Origin: Cyclobacteriaceae bacterium
GTDB lineage: Bacteria; Bacteroidota; Bacteroidia; Cytophagales; Cyclobacteriaceae
Direction: 5' to 3'
DNA: 64,000 nucleotides
Assembly: GCA_016786585.1 (NCBI GenBank)
Contig: JAEUUI010000022.1
Span: 7,826-71,825, forward strand
Shown: positions 46,720 through 56,203 of the stretch, piece by piece
Position numbering within the stretch: position 1 is the stretch's first letter
Layout: each line of letters starts with the position of its first letter
The notes under the pieces: generated by a model
The model's input: the letters and a program-made list of their open reading frames with translations, nothing else
Database searches by the model: none
What the model was told of the DNA's origin: nothing
Position numbers and translations under genes: made by a program

Positions 46720-49455
46720 TTAATCATACCACAAGCCTTTCTCGCCTTTATCGTAGCGTGGCTTTTTCACCTTGTCTTTCAGGTGATCGGGCTGATTTTC
46801 GTTTTTCTTGAATAAACGCGCCCACCATAGCCTAAAGTTCGTGAGCAAGCTTCTTTCTTCGTCTGTATTGTTTTTATTCGTTTTCACGAAACGGGAATCC
46901 GGATAAAGATCTTTCTTCCTGAAAAAGTCGAAACGCTTAAGCTTGATGTTTCCCTGGTAATGGGTGGCATCAAGAAAAGCTTTGCCCGGCTCGCGCACAT
47001 GCAATGCCGCTCGTGCACTGCTTGGATTGCGTTTGTAGTCCCAGTCTCTGCGAACAACGCTGGTGTATTCGCTGGCCCGGATTGAATTTTTGCCTGGTGC
47101 AATTCCCGGCATGGAGCCATCGGCTGCGTGCGGGCGTTTCTTGTAATCTTTTTCTTTAACCTTAACCTGCAGCCCGTTTACGAGATAAGTGGTTTTATCC
47201 GGACGGCTTTTCTTCAGTGCTTCATCGGCCTGGTTAGGATTCTTCAGGTAGTTTTTCTTAAACCTCGGCAACTTAATGCTTCCGGTGTATGCTTCACCCT
47301 GATCGCGCATGGATGGTTGAAAATCAAACTGCCGTTTCTTTTGCGGGAAGTAATCGACATCCGGTTTTTCTTTTTTGCCGCCTTTAATATTTCCCTGGAA
47401 GCGTGCGAGACCTGTACTATTATTATTGCGCACCGTGGTCGGCTGCTCATTGTTGTTCCAATGTTTGCCGCTAACACTTCCGCCACCTTTCGCCTTTGGC
47501 TTGAATTTAATGTTACCCTGATAACGCGAAACGGAGGCATCACCACCGGGATAACGACCTGCGATGGCGCGACCATTATTATTCCAGCTTCCGCTGATGC
47601 TGCCACCTCCTTTTTCTTTGCGCTGAAACTTCATGTTGCCCTGGTACCGGGATACCGAAGCATCGCCACCGGGATACCGACCTGCAATGGCACGGCCATT
47701 ATTATTCCAGCTTCCGCTGATGCTGCCACCACCTTTCGCCTTGCGTTGGAATTTAACATTGCCCTGATAACGCGATACGGAAGGATCTCCACCGGCATTT
47801 CTTCCTGCGATAGCGCGGCCATTGTTATTCCAGCTTCCGCTGATGCTTCCCCCGCCTTTCGCCTTGCGTTGGAATTTAACATTCCCCTGATAACGCGATA
47901 CGGAAGGATTACCTCCGGCATTTCTTCCTGCAATGGCACGGCCATCGTTATTCCAAGAGCCGCTGATGCTTCCGCCACCGGTTACCCGCTTACGTGCCTT
48001 CATGTTACCGGTATACGTTTCACCTTGCGGTGAGTATCCCTTGCGCGGCCGTACGTTGCCTGAATAAAATCCTAAGTTTCCATTAGCCCCGGCATTCTTG
48101 CCTGCAATTGCGCGACCATTGTTGTTCCACGCGCCACTGATGCTTCCGCCACCCTTGATACGTTTGCGTGACTTCATGTTGCCGGAATATGTTTCACCTT
48201 GCGGTGAATAACCTTTGCGTGGCCGTACGTTGCCTGAATAAAATCCTAAGTTTCCGTTAGCTCCGGCATTCTTGCCTGCCACTGCACGGCCATTGTTGTT
48301 CCATGCACCGCTGATGCTTCCGCCACCTTTTATTCGTTTGCGCGATTTAAGATTGCCTGAAAAAAATCCGAGGTTGCCATTCGCCCCGGCATTTCGCGGT
48401 GCAACGGCTCTTCCTCTATTGTTCCAGCTTCCGCGACCAAGTGACCGAACGGGGTTAGCGCTGCCACCTGTGCTTATTTTTCCGGAGACCGAACGATAGC
48501 CGCTTCCCGGTAGTGATGCTGAACGACCGCGGTTTTTTCCACTGATTGATGTCGGAGGCGGAAAGATTCGCTTACCGCCCGGAGCAGGTCGTTTGGTTGA
48601 ATAGTTTCTCCCTTTGATTTTTCTGCCGGCAATGTCGCCCTTCCAGGGTCTTCCGGATTTCGATGCGGTTACATACCCTCCGCGAATCGGTCCACTGTAG
48701 GTACGATCGCCACGCGAAGGCCGCACGCGATAAGGATTAGCGGTTGGATTGATAACAACAGGCTTGCGGGTTTCAAAGTTTTTGGTGCGCAACGGGCGGC
48801 CGGCCAGATCGCCTTTGGTGTAGGGTCGTTCACCTTTTGGTTTTTGATTCCAAAATCCCGCAAAGGGTGTTGTGCTTTTCCGTGAAATGAATGGTCGCGA
48901 TGCCGTACGGGGAGCGGGAGTTCCGTTTACACGTGGTGGATTTTGTTTGGTGCCAAAACGTTTTGCGCGTGCTACCTGACTTCGGTTCGAATAAATCCGG
49001 TAACGCTGCGATCGTTGTGAAGTCGAACGATTATTGACATACCGGTTTCGTTGCGAAAAAAAGTTTCGCGTTCGTCCGGATGCTGAGCCTACAGAAATTC
49101 TTCCGCCCGACTTTGCATTTCGTTTCGAAAGTTGTCCGCTAACTGAGCGGTTATTGGTAAAAGCGTTTTGTCGGTAAAAATTACGATTCGATTTTGTTGG
49201 CCGCGATATCCGCGCGCTGCTGGCCGGAGAAAACCTTCTGGGCCGGAGGCGGTTGTACTTGGGCTTTGACTGATTCTTTTTCCGCGAAACTTTGAAACGG
49301 TTTTCACGCTTGCTGCCTGATCGGACTTCGGGCCGATCACCTTTGGTATTTTGTGCGCTTGCGTCAACGGCATTTAATCCCAATAAGATCAACACAAACC
49401 CGAAGCATAGCAGGGCCTTGCGTAAAAGTTGGGGATATGAGTTGCCTGGAGTCAA
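46720..49455 (-). CDS. Secreted, extremely basic G/N/S/R/K-rich repeat protein of unknown family
   Basis: 911-aa ORF with a signal peptide (LLCFGFVLILLGLNAVDASAQ). Residues 36-340 or so are R/K/S/N-rich low complexity. Eight WNNxGRA(I/V)AG repeats fall at about residues 344-666. A [YF]xG(N/S)[ILMV]K motif recurs along the whole length. Confidence 0.8.
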   Translation of the reverse strand: MTPGNSYPQLLRKALLCFGFVLILLGLNAVDASAQNTKGDRPEVRSGSKRENRFKVSRKKNQSKPKYNRLRPRRFSPASSARISRPTKSNRNFYRQNAFTNNRSVSGQLSKRNAKSGGRISVGSASGRTRNFFSQRNRYVNNRSTSQRSQRYRIYSNRSQVARAKRFGTKQNPPRVNGTPAPRTASRPFISRKSTTPFAGFWNQKPKGERPYTKGDLAGRPLRTKNFETRKPVVINPTANPYRVRPSRGDRTYSGPIRGGYVTASKSGRPWKGDIAGRKIKGRNYSTKRPAPGGKRIFPPPTSISGKNRGRSASLPGSGYRSVSGKISTGGSANPVRSLGRGSWNNRGRAVAPRNAGANGNLGFFSGNLKSRKRIKGGGSISGAWNNNGRAVAGKNAGANGNLGFYSGNVRPRKGYSPQGETYSGNMKSRKRIKGGGSISGAWNNNGRAIAGKNAGANGNLGFYSGNVRPRKGYSPQGETYTGNMKARKRVTGGGSISGSWNNDGRAIAGRNAGGNPSVSRYQGNVKFQRKAKGGGSISGSWNNNGRAIAGRNAGGDPSVSRYQGNVKFQRKAKGGGSISGSWNNNGRAIAGRYPGGDASVSRYQGNMKFQRKEKGGGSISGSWNNNGRAIAGRYPGGDASVSRYQGNIKFKPKAKGGGSVSGKHWNNNEQPTTVRNNNSTGLARFQGNIKGGKKEKPDVDYFPQKKRQFDFQPSMRDQGEAYTGSIKLPRFKKNYLKNPNQADEALKKSRPDKTTYLVNGLQVKVKEKDYKKRPHAADGSMPGIAPGKNSIRASEYTSVVRRDWDYKRNPSSARAALHVREPGKAFLDATHYQGNIKLKRFDFFRKKDLYPDSRFVKTNKNNTDEERSLLTNFRLWWARLFKKNENQPDHLKDKVKKPRYDKGEKGLWYD
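47386..48438 (-). repeat. Intragenic tandem repeats (about 120-177 bp units) inside the basic repeat protein gene
   Basis: WNN motifs start at residues 344, 384, 442, 501, 542, 583, 624 and 666, giving spacings of 40, 58, 59, 41, 41, 41 and 42 aa. Adjacent DNA units are highly similar by eye. Confidence 0.85.
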
Positions 49456-49526
49456 AAAAATAGCCGTGAAAACAGGCTAAGATAGCAATTTTCAGTCATT
49501 TCGACCGGGATGCTTCAAGCCATGAT

Positions 49527-51506
49527 CTAAAACGCCAGCAGTTCTTCAATCTTACTTTTCAGCCGGCCTTTTGGCAGAAAATTTTGTTCGAGTGTTGGAG
49601 CGAAAGGTATGGCTGTATCGAGGCTCGCTACCCGCATTACCGGTGCATCCAGATCGGCAAAGCAATGCTCGCTGATCCACGCTGCTATTTCTCCACCAAT
49701 GCCGCCTGTTAATGTGTCCTCATGAAGAATCAGCACGCGATTGGTTTTCTTAACAGTTTGCTCAACCGCTGCTTTGTCCCAGGGTAATAAGGTGCGTAAA
49801 TCCAGCACATCAGCTTTTACATCCGGCATAGTTTCGAGAATCTCTTTCGCCCAGTGCACTCCCATGCCGTACGTAATAATGGAAAGGTCACTTCCCTCTG
49901 ATACCAGATTGGCTTTACCGATTTCAATGGTGTAATAGTCGTCAGGAATAGAATCTTTTATTGAACGATACAACAACTTATGTTCGAAATACAAATACGG
50001 ATTCGGATCTTCAATGGCTGCACACAGCAATCCCTTTGCATCGTATGGATTGGAAGGATAAACGATCTTCAATCCGGGTGTGTGAAAAAACCACGCTTCA
50101 TTACTCTGAGAATGGAACGGACCGGCAGCCGTTCCTGCTCCGGTTGGCATCCGCACGACAACATCGGCCTGCTGTGCCCAGCGCCAATGTGCTTTTGCCA
50201 GGTTGTTAACAATCTGATTAAAGCCTTCGGTTACGAAGTCTGCAAACTGCATTTCAACCATCGCCTTCATACCCTTGATGGAAAGCCCAAGGCCAGCGCC
50301 TACAATGGCCGATTCACAAATAGGAGTGTTGCGTACACGAGGCTTACCGAATTTTTCAACAAAGCCATCTGTAATTTTAAATACTCCGCCATACTCGGCA
50401 ATATCCTGTCCCATTAAAACAAGATTGTCGTAACGCTCCATGCTTTGTCGCAAGCCATCGCTGATTGCATCAATGAAACGTTTTTCAGTTTTCTTTTCCT
50501 TCTTCGGTTCTACAATAGCTTGCGTGAAGGGCGCATACATGTCAGCAGTTTCAATTTCAGTACTGGCTTCCGGATGCTTTTCTTCAAATGCTGTCGCAAG
50601 TCCGGCTTCAATCTCTTTCTTGATTTTCTTTCGGATAGTCTCTGTGTATTTGGTGTCAATTACACCTTCCGCTATCAGATACTGTTCGTAGTTCTCAACC
50701 GGATCTTTTTTCGCCCACGTTTCCATCAGTTCTTTCGGAACATACTTCGTTCCGGAAGCTTCTTCGTGTCCGCGCATGCGGAATGTGATGCATTCCAATA
50801 ATACCGGACGTGGATTTTTCCGGATTGACTCCGCTAATGTTTTTACGGTGTGGTAAACTTCGAGGACGTTGTTGCCGTCAACCTGAACACCTTCAATTCC
50901 ATAACCGATAGCTTTGTCAACAAATGCCTTGCAACGAAACTGCTCCTGACTGGGCGTAGAAAGTCCGTAGCCATTATTCTCAACAACAAAAATTACAGGC
51001 AAATCCCATACGGCAGCCACGTTAACGGCTTCATGAAAATCGCCTTCGCTCGTGCCACCGTCACCATTGAAAACAACCGTTACTTTCTTTTCACTTTTAA
51101 GTTTTGATGCGAGCGCGATTCCATCAGCAACTCCGTTTTGCGGACCGAGATGTGAAATCATCCCAACAATGTGATGTTCGTTTGTGCCGAAGTGAAACGA
51201 CCGGTCGCGGCCCTTTGTGTAACCCATCATCGTTCCCTGCCATTGCGCAAACAACCTGTCGAACGGCATGTTGCGCGAAGTGAAAACGCCCAGGTTCCGG
51301 TGCATCGGCAGAATGTATTCGTCTTCCTCCAGTGCCTCGGTAATTCCAACGGCAATTGCTTCCTGCCCGATGCCGCTGAACCATTTACTGATCTTGTTCT
51401 GGCGAAGCAGGATGAGCATTTTTTCCTCGATCATCCGGGGTTTCAGGATGGCTTCAAAAAGTTGCTTTAAAACGTTGTCAGCGTATGCCTGGCGGTTGAA
51501 GTTCAT
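49527..51506 (-). CDS. Fused alpha/beta E1 component of a 2-oxoacid (branched-chain type) dehydrogenase, TPP-dependent
   Basis: 659 aa. The N-terminal half has the E1-alpha TPP motif (GDGGTSEGDFHEAVNVAAVW...VVENNGYG). The C-terminal half is E1-beta-like (RVRNTPICESAIVG...). Confidence 0.9.
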   Translation of the reverse strand: MNFNRQAYADNVLKQLFEAILKPRMIEEKMLILLRQNKISKWFSGIGQEAIAVGITEALEEDEYILPMHRNLGVFTSRNMPFDRLFAQWQGTMMGYTKGRDRSFHFGTNEHHIVGMISHLGPQNGVADGIALASKLKSEKKVTVVFNGDGGTSEGDFHEAVNVAAVWDLPVIFVVENNGYGLSTPSQEQFRCKAFVDKAIGYGIEGVQVDGNNVLEVYHTVKTLAESIRKNPRPVLLECITFRMRGHEEASGTKYVPKELMETWAKKDPVENYEQYLIAEGVIDTKYTETIRKKIKKEIEAGLATAFEEKHPEASTEIETADMYAPFTQAIVEPKKEKKTEKRFIDAISDGLRQSMERYDNLVLMGQDIAEYGGVFKITDGFVEKFGKPRVRNTPICESAIVGAGLGLSIKGMKAMVEMQFADFVTEGFNQIVNNLAKAHWRWAQQADVVVRMPTGAGTAAGPFHSQSNEAWFFHTPGLKIVYPSNPYDAKGLLCAAIEDPNPYLYFEHKLLYRSIKDSIPDDYYTIEIGKANLVSEGSDLSIITYGMGVHWAKEILETMPDVKADVLDLRTLLPWDKAAVEQTVKKTNRVLILHEDTLTGGIGGEIAAWISEHCFADLDAPVMRVASLDTAIPFAPTLEQNFLPKGRLKSKIEELLAF

Positions 51507-51561
51507 GCAGAAATTTTAATGCACGAAGGTAGATGTTTACCGGGCATTTGTAAAACCGGCT

Positions 51562-51596
51562 GAAAACACAAAGGCCCTGATAAACAGGGCCTTTGA
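51562..51596 (-). terminator. Rho-independent terminator downstream of the 51616-52470 gene
   Basis: AAAGGCCCTG / CAGGGCCTTT forms a 10-bp stem with a 5-nt loop, followed on the minus strand by GTGTTTTC. Confidence 0.6.
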
Positions 51597-51615
51597 ATTA
51601 ACATGTTATTTGTGT

Positions 51616-52470
51616 TTACGGGTTAGCATTGGCGCCAATGTTCGATGACGCTATGTAGGTTGTAGGCGAACCCATTGTTCCTACGGCAACGTGCCCGTTA
51701 AAGGCATTCAGTTGATCGTATGTTAACGCACCGCCTGCGTCAAGTTGCGATACACTGGTTGTGCTCACGGCAGTTGAACCTGTAGACCCGTTAACGTTAG
51801 TCAAGGCGATCGCAGATGCTCCCGGTGATGCTAATGATCCGTCATAAATAACAACCGGATACGTGGTACCGGTTTCAGTACCTTCGAGGTTTGTTGTAAC
51901 GAGTGTATTACCATTCATTCTTTTTGCAAATGTTACAGTCCCGTTTACAGCACTTTCTCCAACTGAAGTAAGATTATAAGTTCTCGAAGTAGTTGTAAGC
52001 TCGTTCGTACCGATGTCAGATTGAGACACAACGGTTTCACCACTGTTAGAAACTACCAGGGTTCCGTTCAGGCCCATCAGGTCATCGTAGGTAAATGACG
52101 TGCCGTTGTCGCGTTCATCCAGCGTAGTAGTGCTCATTCCGGTTTCGCCATTCACCGGTTCAAGCTGTACGATGGTAGTACCGGTTTGATTAGCCGCATT
52201 GCTGCGGATATAAACGGGATACGATTGGCCAGACGTTGTTCCGTCCATGTCTACCGTTACCACCATGGAACCGTCTGTGCGTTCGCGAAACTGTGCCGTG
52301 CCGGAAATGTTACTGTTACCTTCCTCCATCAGGGTGTACGTATGGGTTTCACCTGTGAAGCCGGGTGCATTGTCTTTGTTGTCGTCATCATCGCTGCAGC
52401 TAAACGCAAAAGCCGATGCTACAAAGGCCAGTGCTGTCATTTTTAAAAGAGATTGAATGCTTTTTTTCAT
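51616..52470 (-). CDS. Lipoprotein with two tandem domains of about 120-130 aa, unknown function
   Basis: Start taken at MKKSIQSLLKMTALAFVASAFAFSC (lipobox), followed by an Asp-rich linker. The two halves share the pattern SGTAQFRERTDGSMVVTVDMDGT / NGTVTFAKRMNGNTLVTTNLEGT ... YP(V)xI ... LTYDQL/FTYDDL. Confidence 0.65.
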   Translation of the reverse strand: MKKSIQSLLKMTALAFVASAFAFSCSDDDDNKDNAPGFTGETHTYTLMEEGNSNISGTAQFRERTDGSMVVTVDMDGTTSGQSYPVYIRSNAANQTGTTIVQLEPVNGETGMSTTTLDERDNGTSFTYDDLMGLNGTLVVSNSGETVVSQSDIGTNELTTTSRTYNLTSVGESAVNGTVTFAKRMNGNTLVTTNLEGTETGTTYPVVIYDGSLASPGASAIALTNVNGSTGSTAVSTTSVSQLDAGGALTYDQLNAFNGHVAVGTMGSPTTYIASSNIGANANP

Positions 52471-52645
52471 AATATTGATGTTTATGATTACCTGTTGTTG
52501 AGCATGTACCTGGGAAATTTTCATGCCACGCGTAAAACATCTGTTCTACTTATTAATCAAACACACCTGCCAGAAAGACGGGGTGTATGTTGGACACTGA
52601 TTCAACACTCTGGCGGAATGTGTATGCAATTCAACATTTTTATAA

Positions 52646-53899
52646 ATGATCGTATTTAAAGAGTTCCGGCTGAAAAATGGCCTGCATGTAATTGTTCACG
52701 AAGATCCAACCGTACAGATCGCGGTAATGAACATCCTGTACGATGTTGGTTCACGGGATGAGCAGGAAGAAAAAACCGGATTTGCCCACCTGTTCGAGCA
52801 TTTAATGTTCGGAGGTTCTGTAAACATTCCAAACTACGATGAACCGTTGCAAATGGTAGGCGGAGAGAACAATGCATTTACCAACACCGATATAACAAAT
52901 TACTATTTGACGGTTCCGGCTGCCAATATTGAAACCGCATTCTGGCTGGAAAGCGACCGCATGCTAAGCTTATCGTTCGATCCGAAGGTGCTTGATGTGC
53001 AGCGAAAAGTAGTAGTGGAAGAATTCAAGCAGCGGTACTACAATCAGCCGTATGGCGATGTGTGGCTTAAGCTGCGTCCGCTTGCCTACAAACAACATCC
53101 GTATAAATGGGCAACCATTGGCAAAGAGATCAGCCACATCGAGAATGCTACGGATGCCGATGTGAAAGAATTCTTTTTCAAACATTACGTGCCGAGTAAT
53201 GCCATACTTGTGGTGGCCGGAAATGTTACCGAAGAACAGGTACGATCACTTGCTGAAAAATGGTTCGGCTCCATACCACCCGGGAAGAAACCCGCACGGA
53301 ACCTGGTAAAAGAAACTGCACAAACCGCTAAACGCATTGAGGAAACGAAGGCAAAAGTTCCGGCCAACGCGTTGTACAAAACTTACCACATGGGTGGGCG
53401 GTTCGAGAAAAGTTATTATGCGGCAGATCTGTTAAGTGATATCCTAAGCCGTGGCCAATCGAGCAGGCTCTATCATAAGCTTGTAAAAGAACTTGAAATC
53501 TTCACCTCTATCTCTTCTTTCGTGATGGGTACCATTGATCCGGGTTTATTAGTGATCAGCGGAAGGGTAAAAGACGGGATCAGCCTGGAAGAGGCTGAGC
53601 TTGAAATCGACAAAATTTTGCACGACATCGTAACAAACGGAGTGACGGAGGAGGAGCTTGAAAAGGTAAAAAATCAGGCAATGGCCACCGTTGAGTTTGG
53701 TGAAGTAGAAGTTATTAACCGGGCGATGGCACTCGCATTTGCGGCACTATCCGGAAATACGAACCTGGTTAATACAGAAAAGGCTGAACTATCTGCCGTA
53801 ACCCGCGATGACATCCACGAAGCGGCAAAAACTATTTTGCGTGATGAAAATTCGAGCGTGCTTTATTACCGGAGTGCTATGCAGGAATTGCAAACGTAA
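52646..53899 (+). CDS. M16 (pitrilysin) family zinc peptidase
   Basis: 417 aa with the inverted zinc motif HxxEH (GFAHLFEHLMF). Confidence 0.9.
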   Translation: MIVFKEFRLKNGLHVIVHEDPTVQIAVMNILYDVGSRDEQEEKTGFAHLFEHLMFGGSVNIPNYDEPLQMVGGENNAFTNTDITNYYLTVPAANIETAFWLESDRMLSLSFDPKVLDVQRKVVVEEFKQRYYNQPYGDVWLKLRPLAYKQHPYKWATIGKEISHIENATDADVKEFFFKHYVPSNAILVVAGNVTEEQVRSLAEKWFGSIPPGKKPARNLVKETAQTAKRIEETKAKVPANALYKTYHMGGRFEKSYYAADLLSDILSRGQSSRLYHKLVKELEIFTSISSFVMGTIDPGLLVISGRVKDGISLEEAELEIDKILHDIVTNGVTEEELEKVKNQAMATVEFGEVEVINRAMALAFAALSGNTNLVNTEKAELSAVTRDDIHEAAKTILRDENSSVLYYRSAMQELQT

Positions 53900-55601
53900 A
53901 TACTGAGCCTTCTCCGGGTGTTGACTCTATCCAGATTGTTCCGCCCATTTTTTGTAAGGTTTCCTTTACGATGTAAAGGCCAAGCCCCGAACCTTCCGAC
54001 TTTGTGGATGCCCGGAAGAACATATCAAAAATTTTGCTGTGATAGTCGGGTTCAATGCCCATACCGTTATCAGCAATTTTAATCACAACCGAGTTATCGC
54101 TTTTGTAAGCACTGAATGCGATGTAGGGGTCGGCCTGATCAAGCCGGTGATATTTGTATGCGTTCGAAAGCAGGTTGTTCAGGATCACTTTTAAGCGACT
54201 CGGGTCGGTTAGCAGAACTATTTTTTCTGTCAGGTTGATTTCAATGCGAACCTTACCGGTAACATCCGCCAAGTTTTGCGCTACTCCCCGGATCAATTCA
54301 TCCAGGTCAGTTTCTTCCAGTGTCAGGTCAAGGCGTGTATTGCGTGAGTAGTCAGTCACTTCGCGGATAAATCCTTCCATTGTGCGGATTCGTCCCTTCA
54401 TCATCTGTAAATATGAATGCAGCTCTTCGGGGTTCGTTGTTTTTTCGGAAATGTTGATTAATCCAAGCAGTGAGCTTAGCGGTGCACGCATGTCGTGTGA
54501 AGCACTGTACACAAACCGGTCAAGTTCTTCATTGGTTTTCGCCAGCTGAATATTCTTGGAAAGAATTTCCTCTTCTGCACGCTTTCGGTCTTCAATGTCA
54601 ACAATTGATCCAACGAGTGTGGCAACATTTCCGTGTTCGTCAACCTTGAAGGTGCCGCTGTCTAAAAACCAGCGGTATAAACCTTGTTTGGTTTTCATAC
54701 GAAGTTCGTTTTGGTAGGGTGCAAGTGTTTTGGTGTGGGTTTCCATAATCGCCTGCATTTTCTTCAGGTCATCGGGATGAAGAATTTCACTGAACTTTTC
54801 GGTAGGAACAACATCCGGATCACTGTCAGAATACCCCATCAAATGTTTCCATGTCTTGCTAACGTAGGTTGTGCTTTTATGAATATTCCATTCATAGATT
54901 CCGGCATTTGAACCTTGTACGGCAAGTGCGAAGCGCTCGCGGCTTACTTCCAGATCTTTGGCTATCTGAATCAGGTTTTTTTCGCTTTCGCGAAGTGACT
55001 CTTCTGATTCCTGGTTGCGATTGATGAGGAAGGAAACAATAAAAATATTGGAGAGAAGTCCGATGACAAAATTTACTACGAAGTTGATTCGAATAACCTG
55101 CGGATCATAAGAGGGGGGAGGTAATATGCTGAGATCAGCGGTATATGCAATGTACCCCAGTACAATTGGCAGTGTAGCAAACGCAAGCCCCGCATAGGTA
55201 CTATGGTTACCAGCCAAAATTAATCCCGCTACGGAACAGGTCATGAAAAAAAAGTACACTCCGCCAAAAGGGTGATCGTTCGTGCAAAACACAAATACAA
55301 TTGCATTCGCAAAGGCCAGCAGGAGAAATCCGGAAAACGTGTAATACTTTTTCCGGTTCAGCCACACCACTATGACGGCCATTGCTATCATTAACAGATA
55401 ACCGGGCAGGAACCGGTAAACACCATTGATGGGATCAAGAATGCAATAGAAAGCCCCAATCAGAAAAATGATAACGGCAAACTGGCCCCGGAGCAGCGAG
55501 TACTTGAACTCCAGGCGTGAAGGAATGAAGTCCTTGCCTACCAGTAAATCACGGAAGAATGATCTTTTTCCAGCCATTGCTATCGACAAAATAAGAAACA
55601 A
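53877..55601 (-). CDS. Membrane-bound PAS sensor histidine kinase
   Basis: 574 aa. Six or so N-terminal TM helices, one PAS domain, H-box ASHDMRAPL, N-box LLSNAYKY, G-boxes DNGMGI and GSGLGLYIV. No response regulator gene is adjacent. Confidence 0.9.
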   Translation of the reverse strand: MFLILSIAMAGKRSFFRDLLVGKDFIPSRLEFKYSLLRGQFAVIIFLIGAFYCILDPINGVYRFLPGYLLMIAMAVIVVWLNRKKYYTFSGFLLLAFANAIVFVFCTNDHPFGGVYFFFMTCSVAGLILAGNHSTYAGLAFATLPIVLGYIAYTADLSILPPPSYDPQVIRINFVVNFVIGLLSNIFIVSFLINRNQESEESLRESEKNLIQIAKDLEVSRERFALAVQGSNAGIYEWNIHKSTTYVSKTWKHLMGYSDSDPDVVPTEKFSEILHPDDLKKMQAIMETHTKTLAPYQNELRMKTKQGLYRWFLDSGTFKVDEHGNVATLVGSIVDIEDRKRAEEEILSKNIQLAKTNEELDRFVYSASHDMRAPLSSLLGLINISEKTTNPEELHSYLQMMKGRIRTMEGFIREVTDYSRNTRLDLTLEETDLDELIRGVAQNLADVTGKVRIEINLTEKIVLLTDPSRLKVILNNLLSNAYKYHRLDQADPYIAFSAYKSDNSVVIKIADNGMGIEPDYHSKIFDMFFRASTKSEGSGLGLYIVKETLQKMGGTIWIESTPGEGSVFTFAIPA

Positions 55602-55686
55602 AAGGGCATTGCCCGTAAGGCCTTAATATATATTTCCGCGACTTGGTAACGGCCCCTTGGGTATATTTGAAGAAATCTTGAAGATC

Positions 55687-56199
55687 ATGAATTTGCGTAT
55701 CGGAATGGGCTTTGACGTGCACGAGCTGGAAAAAGGCAAGACATTTTACCTGGGAGGCATTGAGCTGAAAGGCGCACCGCACGGTGCTGTCGGTCATTCG
55801 GATGCTGATGTGTTGATCCACGCTATTTGCGATGCGTTACTGGGCGCAGCAAACATGCGCGACATCGGCTTTCATTTCTCTAACAAGGATGAGCGCTGGC
55901 GCGGAGCCGACAGTAAGATTTTTTTGAAAGAGGTTGTCAGAATGCTTTCTGAAAAAGGCTGGTTCATCGGGAATGTAGACTGCACCATATGCCTGGAGGC
56001 ACCCAAGGTTAATCCGCATATTCCGGATATGCAAAGCGTGCTGGCGCCACTCATGAAGATTGAGAAGGATTGTGTTTCTATTAAAGCAACTACCAACGAA
56101 AAGCTTGGTTATGTAGGCCGCGAAGAGGGTGTATGTGCATATGCCGTTGCACTGATCTACAAAGCCGGATTTCCGGTTGAGTTGAAATTCAAATATTAA
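55687..56199 (+). CDS. ispF: 2-C-methyl-D-erythritol 2,4-cyclodiphosphate synthase
   Basis: From the internal Met: MNLRIGMGFDVHEL...GHSDADVLIHAICDALLGA... Confidence 0.93.
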   Translation: MNLRIGMGFDVHELEKGKTFYLGGIELKGAPHGAVGHSDADVLIHAICDALLGAANMRDIGFHFSNKDERWRGADSKIFLKEVVRMLSEKGWFIGNVDCTICLEAPKVNPHIPDMQSVLAPLMKIEKDCVSIKATTNEKLGYVGREEGVCAYAVALIYKAGFPVELKFKY

Positions 56200-56203
56200 T
56201 GCA

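Noticed and set aside
47128-48033. 301-aa ORF antisense to the basic repeat protein gene
   Set aside because: It is generated by the repetitive, compositionally biased DNA. The sense ORF is three times longer, spans the whole region and starts with a signal peptide.
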